Assembly: GCA_016721305.1 (NCBI GenBank)
Contig: JADKIH010000002.1
Span: 1,828 to 65,827, forward strand
Source of the DNA: Bacteroidota bacterium
GTDB taxonomy: Bacteria; Bacteroidota; Bacteroidia; AKYH767-A; 2013-40CM-41-45
DNA: 64,000 nucleotides
Direction of reading: 5' to 3'
Shown here: positions 31,800-42,152 of the stretch, piece after piece
How positions within the stretch are numbered: position 1 is the stretch's first letter
Layout: every line of letters begins with the position of its first letter
Made by a program: the position numbers and the translations under genes
The notes under the pieces: model-generated
Told to the model about the DNA's origin: nothing
Seen by the model: only the letters and a program-made list of their open reading frames with translations
Database searches by the model: none

Positions 31800-32251
31800 A
31801 CTCAGTCGTTGTTCGTGAACCGAAAACTCAGGAAGAATGGGATGCGTATTATTTGATTCGCTACGAAGTCCTGCGCAAACCATGGAATCAACCTCGCCAA
31901 TCTACAAAAGATGAATTCGAGACTATCTCCTACCATGCTATTTTAATTCTTGACGATAAAGAAATCGTTGGCACCGGACGATTGCAATTCAACACTCCTA
32001 CAGAATTCGCTATACGTTCAATGGCAGTAAAAGAAGGATATCGAAGCAAAGATTACGGAAGTCATATCATCAAACATCTTGAAAGCATAGCACTCTCGAA
32101 AAATTGCAAAAGAATCACACTCGACGCCCGCGAACCCGCATTAAAATTTTACGAAAGAAACGGCTACCGAATTTTTGCACCATCGTATTTGCTGTTCGGT
32201 GTTATTCCGCATTTTAAGATGGAGAAGGTTCTTTCGACTTCCACTGATTAA
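31796..32251 (+). CDS. GNAT-family N-acetyltransferase
   Basis: ILDDKEIVGTGRL...RSKDYGSHIIKHLESIA carries the acetyl-CoA binding motif. It overlaps the upstream stop by 4 nt. Confidence 0.75.
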   Translation: MNSVVVREPKTQEEWDAYYLIRYEVLRKPWNQPRQSTKDEFETISYHAILILDDKEIVGTGRLQFNTPTEFAIRSMAVKEGYRSKDYGSHIIKHLESIALSKNCKRITLDAREPALKFYERNGYRIFAPSYLLFGVIPHFKMEKVLSTSTD

Positions 32252-32352
32252 GTAAGTTGTAAGTTGTAAGTTGTAAGTTGTAAGTTGTAAGTTGTAAGTT
32301 GGTAATTAGCTCTAAGTTAAGTCTACTTACTACTTACAACTTACTACTTACC
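32251..32352. repeat. GTAAGTT x7 array plus its inverted partner, forming a long hairpin between convergent genes
   Basis: agtaagttgtaagttg...(x7) then ggtaattagctctaagttaagtct then acttactacttacaacttactacttacc. Confidence 0.7.
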
Positions 32353-32361
32353 TTTTCATCC

Positions 32362-33419
32362 TCAGCGAGCTTTCCTCAACGTAAACGTAAACGTCGTCCC
32401 TACTCCCAGCGTCGATCTGACATTGATAGTTTGATGATGGGCCTCAATGATGTGTTTAACAATAGAAAGTCCTAAGCCTGTACCGCCTTGTTCTCGCGAA
32501 CGGCTTTTATCGACACGGAAAAATCTTTCAAAAAGACGAGGTAAATATTTAGTGTCGATTCCAATTCCGGTATCGGTTACTTCTACAAGAATATTTTGAT
32601 CCATATCATAAAAGCCGACAACAGTTGAACCACCCTTTTTGCCGTACTTAATTGAATTGATCATTAAGTTTACCAGCACTTGTCGAATACGATCTTTATC
32701 TCCGTAGACATAGAACTGACGATCGCTTCCCTCTTTGAAGGAAAGCGAAATCTCCATTTCCTTTGCCTTTAATTCACTCGATTCAAAAACGTCTTTTGTC
32801 AATTCATGAATATCGAAAGTGCGCTGATCAAGCATCATTTCGCCACTCTCCATTTTAGAAATGGCTTCGAGATCATCAACGATCAAACAAAGCCTGTCAA
32901 CGGAACGAGAAGCACGCTGCAAATAATTGACATTAACCTCAGGATCATCCAATGCTCCTTCCAAAAGTGTGTGAATGTATCCTTGAATATTAAACAATGG
33001 AGTTTTTAATTCGTGCGAAACATTACCAAGAAATTCCTTCCGGAAATTTTCCATTCGTTTCAACTCTGCAATTTCATCGGAACGATTCTGATCCCACTCC
33101 ATAACTTCTTTGCTTACGTTTGCTAAAATATCTACATCAAGATCAATCTTCTCAAGTGCTTTTTCCTTTGAGTTTTTTGAAGTGGTAATCGTCTTGTAGA
33201 TGAGCTTAATCTTCCTGTAAATAAATACCTCCAGAAGATATTTAAAGATGATATACGTTACAACGAAAGCAACCAGAAAGACCATTGTCTGAGCCAGCCA
33301 TTCGCGTCGTATATACGACGAAGATGAAATCAGGATCTCGGAAATTACAACGATAATTGAGGCTGTCAGAGCAGCCAGAATAGCTAGTATTCGGGGGTTG
33401 GGTTCTTCAATTTGTTCAA
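32362..33419 (-). CDS. Sensor histidine kinase (PhoR-like: 2 TM helices, HisKA and HATPase_c), with a frame break in the G5/C5 run at 33393-33397
   Basis: H-box LGNVSHELKTPL and G-box GGTGLGLSIVKHII. The frame stays open upstream of track start 33285 (…RILAILAALTASIIVVISEILISSSSYIRREWLAQTM…). One extra C joins it to TTG 33419 (MNKLKNPTP...). Confidence 0.75.
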
Positions 33420-33433
33420 CTTTGGGTGTCGGA

Positions 33434-34129
33434 TCAGAAATCGAATTTGTAGCCGATACCTTTTACCGTCTTAATTCGTTCTTCTCCTATTTTCTCACGC
33501 AATTTACGAATATGAACATCAATTGTACGATCTCCAACAATAACATCATTTCCCCAAACTCGCTCTAAAATCTCTTCTCGTGTAAAAACCTTTCCGGGCT
33601 TGTTCGCAAGAAGTGCCAGCAATTCGAATTCCTTTCTCGGCAATTCAATCTTTTCTTCTCCGCGAAAAATCAAATACTGTTCGCGATCGATTTTAATATC
33701 CGCTACCGTAAAAACATTTCCTTTTTCCTGCTTGACATTGGGTTCAGAATGATAGCGTCTGAACAATGCATTTATTCTACTGACAAGAACTCTCGGTTTA
33801 ATAGGCTTGGTAATATAATCGTCGGCCCCTACATCAAATCCGGCAATCTGTGAATAGTCTTCGTTACGTGCAGTTAAAAATGCAATAAGTGTCTTTTTGA
33901 AATCAGGCAAATCTCGCAGTGCCCGGCAAGCTTCAATTCCATCCATCTCCGGCATCATAATGTCGAGGATGATCAGATCCGGATGAATTTGCTTTGCCTT
34001 TTGAATGGCTTCTTTTCCATTACCCGCCTTAAACACCTCATAATTCTCCTTTTTGAGATTATATTCCATGAATTCCAGAATATCCGGTTCATCATCAACA
34101 AGGAGAATTTTCAATTTTTTATCTTTCAT
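33434..34129 (-). CDS. OmpR/PhoB-family response regulator (receiver plus winged-helix DNA-binding domain)
   Basis: LLVDDEPDILE...DLIILDIMMPEMDG...TARNED; C-terminal trans_reg_C. Intact ORF. Confidence 0.9.
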   Translation of the reverse strand: MKDKKLKILLVDDEPDILEFMEYNLKKENYEVFKAGNGKEAIQKAKQIHPDLIILDIMMPEMDGIEACRALRDLPDFKKTLIAFLTARNEDYSQIAGFDVGADDYITKPIKPRVLVSRINALFRRYHSEPNVKQEKGNVFTVADIKIDREQYLIFRGEEKIELPRKEFELLALLANKPGKVFTREEILERVWGNDVIVGDRTIDVHIRKLREKIGEERIKTVKGIGYKFDF

Positions 34130-34215
34130 ATGATGTTGTGAAAGTACCGATGACGTCTGTGTTGCATGTTAAGCAAATGTAAAGAAAAGGTTATGTGCAT
34201 GAACCATGAATGCCT

Positions 34216-36252
34216 CTATTTATGCAGTTTCTTCATTAAATTTAAGACTATCTGATTTTTGGGCTCCAGCTTCAACACCCGATTCAAATAAACTATGGCT
34301 TCCGAATTCTTGCCGAGATAGAGTTCCAGTCCTGCCATATTGATCATCGCTTGTATATGATCGGGATCTAATGCCAGGGCTTCATCATACATCGCCTTTG
34401 AATTTTCAACATCTTGTTTTACTGAAAGCAGCAGAAAACCCAAACTTACATAGGCTGAAATGTACCGTGGATTTTCCTTGAGAATGAAACGGTAGTTCTT
34501 TTCCGCTTCCTCATAAATCCCTGCATCCATCTGCCAGCCTGCTAATTTATTCCTGAAGTCTAATTCATATGGCGCCAGTTCACTCGCCAATTTCATATAC
34601 TGAATGGCATTTCCTAAACCTCCCTTTTCATGAAACGCTTCACCGATGCGATAGGCTGTCCAAGCATCATCGTTAGTAATCGATTTATGATTTAATGCCT
34701 GAATCGGCGAATGATGTACAGCTACATATCTTAAGAGGATATCGTAATCCTTTTTGAGAAATGACCAACGAATGAGCTGACGAAAACTGCTTTCAATTGC
34801 CGCCGGGTTGCTATCGTCGAAATACGTTTTGGCTGAGTCAAGAAAAGCAGGATCGGAAACAAATTTTTCGTAGTAAGAAAGATAGGCCTCTCCTTTAGTA
34901 CGACGATCTACATTCGGATTATTTATGCATGCCAGGCCTACAAACTGCCTGATCTTTTCCTTCTCTGTCATCGTGACCGGCTTGCGTATCCAATGATCAG
35001 TGGTCGTCACGTGCGGAATATCTATTGTACCGTTTTTCGGCATGTGACAGGCAACACAATTATTTCCTGTCTTATTTCTTTCATTAATTGAGATACTGCA
35101 CGACTTAACCGATACCGCTGGATTTGGCAGTGTTGCCCCGCCTTCACTTTGATGACAATTTCTGCAAGCAGCATCGAAAACTGATTTATCGGTCGAACGT
35201 ACGCTGATATGCGGATTATGACACGTGACACACGTCATCGCATGCTGATATGGCTTCAATGTCGGATGCGTCTTATTGTAATTTTCAGCCAGCACGATCG
35301 ATTGCAAATAACACTTCGACCGTTTCATTCTTTCAGCATGCGAAGCCATGATATGCTCGTCTTCTGCGCCTTTGTACACAGGCATAAAAACATTCATGAC
35401 ACTTTCCAATTTCATTCCGGGCTTGAAATCATACCATGATTTTCCTTCGCCTAAAATCGCATTGCCCTGAATGTGGCAGCGCTGACAAATATCTAATTGT
35501 AATTGAACAGGTAATTTCGCCGGATTCACAATGGTATAATCAATTTCCTTCTGTGCGTCGATAACATGCCCTGCTTTCATTTCTTCTATGTGCCTGCTTG
35601 CAGGGCCATGGCAGCGTTCACAATCTATACCGCGGGGAATGAAATCGTATTTATTCGTCGAACCTTCTGCCAGCTTCGGATATGCATTGTGGCACGACAT
35701 GCACTCTAATTCGATTTTACGAGAGAAACGACTGTTAAAACCATGCTCAAAACCGGGTGGTAAATCCCATGTTCCTTTTTGAGTGTAATAAGTGGCCGGT
35801 GCCTGATATACATACCCATTCACGTTGATCATATGCGAATTGGTATGCTGTCCCGAACCAACTATATACGAAACGACTTCGTCTCTTTTAAAGATAGTAT
35901 CCCTTCCCTTAAGACGGAATTCGGTCAGAACCATTTTTCCATCTCTCCAATGGGGATAATACGATAGATCCTTTTCCGAATCATGAATTACATCGTGAAC
36001 AGAAAAGCGAGCTGCCGATTTTTTTTCAGTCGCTGAATCGAACGACATCCCCATTCCGGTGTTCATGTACGACTCGTATTTGTCGGCATGACACTCTTTG
36101 CAGGCTTCCTTGCCTACATATCGTGTGCTGTCATTCAGAGACGCATACACAGAATCTCGCTTCCCTGAATCCTGAGAAGTAGTACAAGAGTAAATTAAGA
36201 GATAAATAAAGGCGAACGGAACAAAGATCCGAAGGAAAAAAGTGTTCCGCAT
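34216..36252 (-). CDS. Multihaem c-type cytochrome (7 CxxCH motifs) with a C-terminal TPR-repeat domain
   Basis: CKECH, CMSCH, CERCH, CQRCH, CVTCH, CRNCH and CVACH motifs. Signal or lipoprotein N-terminus ending in Cys. C-terminal TPR helices (YRIGEAFHEKGGLGNAIQYMKLASEL...). Confidence 0.8.
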   Translation of the reverse strand: MRNTFFLRIFVPFAFIYLLIYSCTTSQDSGKRDSVYASLNDSTRYVGKEACKECHADKYESYMNTGMGMSFDSATEKKSAARFSVHDVIHDSEKDLSYYPHWRDGKMVLTEFRLKGRDTIFKRDEVVSYIVGSGQHTNSHMINVNGYVYQAPATYYTQKGTWDLPPGFEHGFNSRFSRKIELECMSCHNAYPKLAEGSTNKYDFIPRGIDCERCHGPASRHIEEMKAGHVIDAQKEIDYTIVNPAKLPVQLQLDICQRCHIQGNAILGEGKSWYDFKPGMKLESVMNVFMPVYKGAEDEHIMASHAERMKRSKCYLQSIVLAENYNKTHPTLKPYQHAMTCVTCHNPHISVRSTDKSVFDAACRNCHQSEGGATLPNPAVSVKSCSISINERNKTGNNCVACHMPKNGTIDIPHVTTTDHWIRKPVTMTEKEKIRQFVGLACINNPNVDRRTKGEAYLSYYEKFVSDPAFLDSAKTYFDDSNPAAIESSFRQLIRWSFLKKDYDILLRYVAVHHSPIQALNHKSITNDDAWTAYRIGEAFHEKGGLGNAIQYMKLASELAPYELDFRNKLAGWQMDAGIYEEAEKNYRFILKENPRYISAYVSLGFLLLSVKQDVENSKAMYDEALALDPDHIQAMINMAGLELYLGKNSEAIVYLNRVLKLEPKNQIVLNLMKKLHK

Positions 36253-36260
36253 GTGACGGA

Positions 36261-36809
36261 TTATTTTTTGATCAATTGCATCGTGTATTCATCGTAATAC
36301 TTGCCCTGCTCATACATCCAATCCTGCTTCAAGCCGGTTACTTCGAATCCTACTCGCTTGAAAAGCGCGACACTGCTTTCATTTTCTACACGAACATTTG
36401 CATAAATTTGGTGGAGATCCAATACTTCAAATCCATAATCGACCATCAAGTGCAATGCCTCGGTAGCAAAACCTCTTCCGCGATCATTTCTGTCGGCAAT
36501 CAAAATTCCAACACCGGCGCGATTATTTTTAGGATCGAAATCAAATAAGTCAACACAACCAATACTTCTAATGCCATCGTTATCCCCGTCTTCATTGAAG
36601 TATTTCAGATCAATCATCAATCGCAACTGCTTGTTGGTGTAAATATCCTGATGCACCTGATTCACGAACTCTTCGAGGACGAATTTCGAGAAAGGAACTA
36701 AGGTTCCACTCACACTCCAAATCGTGCTGTCGTTTTCCCATTTGTAAAGTAATTTGAGATCCGCAGGCTCAAGAGCGCGTAATTGAATTAACTCACCAAC
36801 TAATTGCAT
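36261..36809 (-). CDS. GNAT acetyltransferase (RimJ/RimL-like)
   Basis: ADRNDRGRGFATEALHLMVDYGFEVLDLHQIYANVRVENESSVALFKRVGFEVTG. Confidence 0.7.
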   Translation of the reverse strand: MQLVGELIQLRALEPADLKLLYKWENDSTIWSVSGTLVPFSKFVLEEFVNQVHQDIYTNKQLRLMIDLKYFNEDGDNDGIRSIGCVDLFDFDPKNNRAGVGILIADRNDRGRGFATEALHLMVDYGFEVLDLHQIYANVRVENESSVALFKRVGFEVTGLKQDWMYEQGKYYDEYTMQLIKK

Positions 36810-37002
36810 ATGCTAATTTTATTTGGCCGAAGTTACGAAGAGAAAGTCAATATTCATCATGCCTTCAGAGGTAGTTCTATCAACACAGGAATGTGAACTA
36901 TGTGTCGCCAAAGAGTGAGCTGAATACAAGAAATTATCCAAAGAATCGCTGTGAAAAGTAACGTAAAATGTCGCTGAAAGATTAAAAAACTCCTGAAATC
37001 AC

Positions 37003-37791
37003 TTAGTCTAGCGCTATCTGGCCGCTGAAAACTGCCTCGGCCGGACCTTCGAGCCAGACATCAGTATACGTATCGTTGAACTCTGTAAAATACACACGGA
37101 GCTTCCCTCCCGGCGTTATAACAGCACATGGCGAACCATCAGTCCATTTTTCCAATTCCACAGCTGCAATAACTGAAGCTGTAACACCTGTTCCGCATGA
37201 CAGTGTCTCGTCTTCGACACCTCGCTCGTATGTTCTTACAAAAAGACCATTCTCTTCTACCTCTACAAAATTGACGTTTACACCCTTCTCTCTGTAAGAG
37301 TTCGAGTATCGGATTTCCTTTCCAAAGGAATAAACGTCAAGTTTCTTTACGTTCTCATCAAACCGAACATAATGTGGAGAGCCCGTATCGAGCAACGTAA
37401 AACCGGAATGAATCCGAATCTTAGCGACATCCGACATTTTTAATTTCACGATATATGGAGAGGAAGAAATAATATCGGCATCATGCAAGCCATCGAAAGC
37501 TTTGAATCTTGTAGTGGTTTTAATCATTCCTAAAAAATGCGCGAAAGCTACTGTACATCGCCCGCCATTTCCGCACATCGAACCAAGCTTGCCATCGGAA
37601 TTATAATAAACCATTTCAAAATCTGCTTCCTTCGATTTGAGAATCCGGATTAGCCCATCACCTCCGATTCCGAAATGACGATCGCAAATGAGACGCACTT
37701 GCTCTTCCGACAGACGTAACAAATTCTCTCTGTCGTCGATCATAATAAAATCGTTTCCCGTTCCGTGATATTTATAAAAATTGATTCTCAT
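37003..37791 (-). CDS. dapF: Diaminopimelate epimerase
   Basis: FYKYHGTGNDFIMID and the catalytic GSMCGNGGRC motif. Confidence 0.9.
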   Translation of the reverse strand: MRINFYKYHGTGNDFIMIDDRENLLRLSEEQVRLICDRHFGIGGDGLIRILKSKEADFEMVYYNSDGKLGSMCGNGGRCTVAFAHFLGMIKTTTRFKAFDGLHDADIISSSPYIVKLKMSDVAKIRIHSGFTLLDTGSPHYVRFDENVKKLDVYSFGKEIRYSNSYREKGVNVNFVEVEENGLFVRTYERGVEDETLSCGTGVTASVIAAVELEKWTDGSPCAVITPGGKLRVYFTEFNDTYTDVWLEGPAEAVFSGQIALD

Positions 37792-38684
37792 CTCAATGCT
37801 GCAGGCAGCTCATTATCCTTCAATGGTGCAAAAGAAAGAAAGTCGCCTGAAGGGACGAGCAAGTAAATTTCCTTTCCATATTTCATCAGTAACTGATTGT
37901 CGGAATTAAATAATCTGACGGCATCAGGCTCTTCGACGCCAAAAAGAATTAGCTTATTGGAAATAAGCTTGTATCCCTTATAGTTGACAGGAGAAACCCA
38001 AAACTCAACTTCGTATTTCTCCTCCTTCGAATCTTTTGACTCAACTAAACCGGCAGCCGGATTGAGCTTATCGGTAGCCGATTGTGCTAGGGTTCCGCTT
38101 TCGCCGGATTTCTTCGACTGATTCAATTCTGACGCCATCAAAGTAACGGAAACGAGCAATTGATCCTTCTTTACAACCATATCCTCGCCGGCTAAAGCCG
38201 ATGAGTCTGAAACTGCTGTTTCTTCGGTGCTTATGGCTTTTTCATCCGTAGCTTCGGAATTCTCATCTGAAACAGTGGTGTCCGCACTTTCTTCTTTTAG
38301 AACAACAGCGGGCTTATTTTTAATAGGCTTCTCCTTTGCTTTCTTGAAAATGTCAAACATGGCGAAATTAGTGATGTGCCTCTTTGGTCCATTCCCAATG
38401 TATTCAAAAAGTAAGATCCCGCTCAGAGTAACAAAGAGGAATATTAAAATCATTTTAAGCCCAAATGGAATCAATGGCTTTTTATAATTCAATGACTCTT
38501 CCAATGCATTTTCGAGACGAGCATCTTCAGCATGTTGAATCGACTCGATCAACAAGTTTTGCAAACTGACAGACTGACGAAACTCTTCATCACTCTCCAA
38601 ACGATCCATAAACTTCTTCAACTCTACTCCACTGAGAGAATTGTCGAGATACCTTTCGATTAAATTTTTATCGTCCTGTATCAT
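37788..38684 (-). CDS. Putative anti-sigma factor (single TM, acidic/Ser-rich extracytoplasmic region)
   Basis: It overlaps both the ECF sigma gene upstream and dapF downstream by 1-4 nt. N-terminal cytoplasmic helix, then TM segment ILIFLFVTLSGILLF. Confidence 0.45.
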   Translation of the reverse strand: MIQDDKNLIERYLDNSLSGVELKKFMDRLESDEEFRQSVSLQNLLIESIQHAEDARLENALEESLNYKKPLIPFGLKMILIFLFVTLSGILLFEYIGNGPKRHITNFAMFDIFKKAKEKPIKNKPAVVLKEESADTTVSDENSEATDEKAISTEETAVSDSSALAGEDMVVKKDQLLVSVTLMASELNQSKKSGESGTLAQSATDKLNPAAGLVESKDSKEEKYEVEFWVSPVNYKGYKLISNKLILFGVEEPDAVRLFNSDNQLLMKYGKEIYLLVPSGDFLSFAPLKDNELPAALR

Positions 38685-39211
38685 TAGTTCACGGTTGGAT
38701 TTAAACGTGCAATGGCAATTGTGCGAAACTGATTCAAAGCTTTTTCAACTTCAAATTGTGCAATCACAGGATTGCCGAATTCAAATCGTGCGGCTATTTC
38801 CTCATAGCTCATTTTGCTTACATATCGTGCACTGAGGAGATTTCTGAAATTTTCGTCTAAAATTCCAAAACAAGATGCAACAATTGTCTTATCACGATCC
38901 GATGTTTCGGAAATGGATTGATTCTTTTTCCTGCGGAAATCTTCACCGGAATTTTCAAGAAATTCACCCATCGTATTAAACAAAAATGGTTCGAATTCCA
39001 CAGTCGGCAAAATTCGTTTGTGCTGAATGAGCCTGTAAATACGAACAAGTACTTTCGAAAAAACCTGAGGCGTCGACGAATCAGGCACACCTTTTCTACG
39101 AAGCCATCTTCGGGAGGTCTGGAAATATTTCTTGTTCAGATAAAACAAAGTTTCTTCCTGACCGTTTTGTAAAGAGGTGATTAGTTCCTGATTCGATTTA
39201 CCTGCATTCAT
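38684..39211 (-). CDS. ECF-subfamily RNA polymerase sigma-70 factor
   Basis: Region 2 (ELITSLQNGQEETLFYLNKKYFQTSRRWLRRKG) and region 4 (LLSARYVSKMSYEEIAARFEFGNPVIAQFEVEKAL). Internal ATG at 39211. Confidence 0.75.
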   Translation of the reverse strand: MNAGKSNQELITSLQNGQEETLFYLNKKYFQTSRRWLRRKGVPDSSTPQVFSKVLVRIYRLIQHKRILPTVEFEPFLFNTMGEFLENSGEDFRRKKNQSISETSDRDKTIVASCFGILDENFRNLLSARYVSKMSYEEIAARFEFGNPVIAQFEVEKALNQFRTIAIARLNPTVN

Positions 39212-39446
39212 GCGGACGTAAAAGTACGATAAAAGAGCTTCCCTAATTGACAAAAATGGCACTTTTACACGATAAATATTGACATCGAAACTGTAAAAGT
39301 GACAGAGTCGATGGTTCAATCTTAAAGAATTCTTAACGGACACTTAACGATTTTTAACCCTGTCATTCATTTTTGCTTCATTGATTCTAAGTGAATTTTG
39401 ACGGCATAAAATTTGAAATTCAGGAATCCCAAAAAACCTTATTACT

Positions 39447-40895
39447 ATGTACAACACAATGAAAAAAGCATTCGGAATCCTGGTACTTGGTTGCCTCGGT
39501 GGATTTGGCGGCTCTTACCTCTTCTCGAATTTCGGACCGGGCAGTTACTCTGCTCTTCGAACAGTTTCAGACAAACAAAATGTCCACTTTGCAAGCATGC
39601 CAATGAGTGCTGTTGAAAACGCACCAATTGATTTTACCAAAGCCGCCGACCTTACCGTCCATGCTGTTGTTCACGTAAAAACTTTTTATACTAATCAAGC
39701 CAAGTACAATCCTTTTGGAATGAATCCTTTTGACTTCTTCGGACGTCCTCAGCAAATGCAACCTCAGGAAGCCAGCGGATCAGGAGTTATTATTACCGAC
39801 GACGGTTACATCGTTACAAACAACCACGTAGTTGAAAACGCAGATAAGGTTGAAGTGACGCTGAACGACAACCAAACTTATACAGCCAAGGTAATTGGTA
39901 CGGATCCTTCAACGGATCTTGCTCTTTTGAAAATTTCAGAAAAAAATCTACCCTTCATTGCCTATGGAAATTCAGACGACCTGAAAGTCGGAGAATGGGT
40001 TCTGGCAGTCGGAAATCCATTTAACCTGACAAGCACGGTAACAGCAGGAATCGTTAGTGCTAAAGCCCGAAACATCAATATCCTTCCCGATCAATATAAG
40101 ATCGAATCTTTTATTCAAACCGATGCAGCCGTTAATCCGGGCAACAGCGGTGGCGCTCTGGTAAATAATCAAGGCCAACTTATTGGAATCAACTCTGCGA
40201 TTGCCTCAAACACAGGTTCATTTACCGGCTACTCATTCGCCATCCCTTCCAACCTGGTAAGAAAAGTAATTGATGATCTCGTCGAATTCGGAAGCGTACA
40301 GCGTGGTTTCATTGGAATCAGTATTCGCGATATTGATTCAAAACTGATCGACGAAAAAGGCCTTAAAGGAACTCAAGGTGTTTATGTAGCCGGCTTAACT
40401 GAAGGAGGTGCTGCTGAAGAAGGTGGATTAAAAGAAGGTGATGTCATTACGAAAGTAGGTTCGGTTGACGTAAACAGTACTCCACAGCTGCAGGAACAGG
40501 TTGGCAGATATCGCCCGGGTGACAAAATTGCTGTTACCGTTTTGCGCGAAGGAAAGGAAAGAAATTTCTCTCTCACGCTTCGAAACAAAGAAGGTGATAC
40601 AAGAATTATCAAAAACGAAGAACCACTCCGTCTCCTCGGTGGCACGTTTGAAAACGTAAATCAGGAAGAACGCTCCAAACTGGGAATTCGCGGCGGAGTG
40701 AAAGTTTCTAAGCTACTCAGCGGCAAACTCAGAAGCGCCGGTATTCAGGAAGGATTTATTATTACCTCCATCGACAAAAAACCTATTGCAGGTACCGACG
40801 ACCTTGAATCTGCTCTCAAAACGAAACAAGGTGGCGTCCTGATCGAAGGGGTATATCCTAATGGTATGAAAGCCTATTATGGCTTTGGAATCTGA
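39447..40895 (+). CDS. degP: HtrA/DegP-family periplasmic serine protease (trypsin domain plus 2 PDZ domains)
   Basis: GSGVIITDDGYIVTNNHVV (His), D, and GNSGGALVN (Ser). Two PDZ-like segments. Signal peptide. Confidence 0.9.
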   Translation: MYNTMKKAFGILVLGCLGGFGGSYLFSNFGPGSYSALRTVSDKQNVHFASMPMSAVENAPIDFTKAADLTVHAVVHVKTFYTNQAKYNPFGMNPFDFFGRPQQMQPQEASGSGVIITDDGYIVTNNHVVENADKVEVTLNDNQTYTAKVIGTDPSTDLALLKISEKNLPFIAYGNSDDLKVGEWVLAVGNPFNLTSTVTAGIVSAKARNINILPDQYKIESFIQTDAAVNPGNSGGALVNNQGQLIGINSAIASNTGSFTGYSFAIPSNLVRKVIDDLVEFGSVQRGFIGISIRDIDSKLIDEKGLKGTQGVYVAGLTEGGAAEEGGLKEGDVITKVGSVDVNSTPQLQEQVGRYRPGDKIAVTVLREGKERNFSLTLRNKEGDTRIIKNEEPLRLLGGTFENVNQEERSKLGIRGGVKVSKLLSGKLRSAGIQEGFIITSIDKKPIAGTDDLESALKTKQGGVLIEGVYPNGMKAYYGFGI

Positions 40896-40929
40896 AAAAA
40901 GGCATTTTAGGTTCGATTTTTGTGGTTGG

Positions 40930-40960
40930 AAAAGAGTCCTTCGTGGACTCTTTTCTTTTT
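40930..40960 (+). terminator. Rho-independent terminator
   Basis: aaaagagtccttcgtggactctttt followed by cttttt. Confidence 0.5.
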
Positions 40961-41103
40961 CAACAAAACAGAAGAGTTATTAACCGAAACTGTACAAAAA
41001 CTTGCTTCGCCTTTCATTAAAACGTATCTTCGCAGTCTAAGAAAAAGTCCAAATTTTCTTTGAATTCGCTTATTTTTTCAATAAATAATCTCTCTCAAAG
41101 CTC

Positions 41104-41967
41104 ATGCGTCAGCTAAAAATAACCAAATCGATTACCAATCGCGAGAGTCAGTCTCTCGAAAAATACCTTCAGGAAATCGGCCGCGAGGAATTGATTACTG
41201 CAGAAGAGGAAGTTCGACTTGCCCGCCGCATCAAAGAAGGCGATCAGGTTGCTTTGGATCGTTTGACAAAAGCCAACTTACGTTTCGTGGTATCGGTTGC
41301 TAAACAATACCAGAATCAAGGCTTGAGTTTACCCGATCTGATCAACGAAGGTAATCTTGGTTTGATCAAAGCTGCTAAACGTTTTGACGAGACTCGCGGA
41401 TTCAAATTCATCTCCTACGCTGTATGGTGGATTCGTCAGAGTATCCTTCAGGCATTAGCTGAACAATCACGTATCGTTCGCCTTCCATTGAATCAGGTTG
41501 GCTCACTCAATAAAATTTCTAAAGCTTATTCTAAACTCGAGCAGGAATTCGAACGCGAACCTTCTCCTGAAGAGTTGGCTAAGATTCTTGACATCCCAAC
41601 GGAAAAGATTGCCGACACAATGCGTGTCAGCGGTAAGCACGTTTCGATGGATGCTCCTTTCGTTCAGGGAGAAGATAACAGTCTGATCGACGTATTAGAG
41701 AATTCCGATTCTCCACGCGCCGATGGTCTGTTGATGAACGAATCACTACAAAAAGAAATCGATCGCTCACTCAGCACTCTTACTGAGCGCGAACGAGAAG
41801 TCATCAAATTATTCTTCGGCATTGGAATGCAGCACGGACTCACACTGGAAGAAATCGGAGCTAAATTCGATCTTACACGTGAACGCGTTCGTCAGATTAA
41901 GGAAAAAGCGATTCGTCGCCTCCGCCACAAATCCAGAAGCCGTTTATTAAAAGCTTACTTGGGATAA
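41104..41967 (+). CDS. rpoD: Primary sigma factor sigma-A (short Bacteroidota form lacking region 1.1)
   Basis: [37 protein letters not shown] (region 2), then regions 3 and 4. 287 aa. Confidence 0.9.
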   Translation: MRQLKITKSITNRESQSLEKYLQEIGREELITAEEEVRLARRIKEGDQVALDRLTKANLRFVVSVAKQYQNQGLSLPDLINEGNLGLIKAAKRFDETRGFKFISYAVWWIRQSILQALAEQSRIVRLPLNQVGSLNKISKAYSKLEQEFEREPSPEELAKILDIPTEKIADTMRVSGKHVSMDAPFVQGEDNSLIDVLENSDSPRADGLLMNESLQKEIDRSLSTLTEREREVIKLFFGIGMQHGLTLEEIGAKFDLTRERVRQIKEKAIRRLRHKSRSRLLKAYLG

Positions 41968-42003
41968 TAAATATTGATCAAATGCAATTTTGACAAACAG
42001 AAG

Positions 42004-42038
42004 CAGCTTTCATGGTTAATGAAAGCTGTTTGTGTTTT
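42004..42038 (+). terminator. Rho-independent terminator of rpoD
   Basis: cagctttcatggttaatgaaagctg followed by tttgtgtttt. Confidence 0.55.
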
Positions 42039-42152
42039 AGGTTAATTCAGAATGTAGAATTGAAAATTATGAATTAATAGCAATTTAGTTTTCTGAATTT
42101 TGAATTCTAAATTTTAAATTCAAAAAAGAACCCTTTAAACTCAATTAATATC

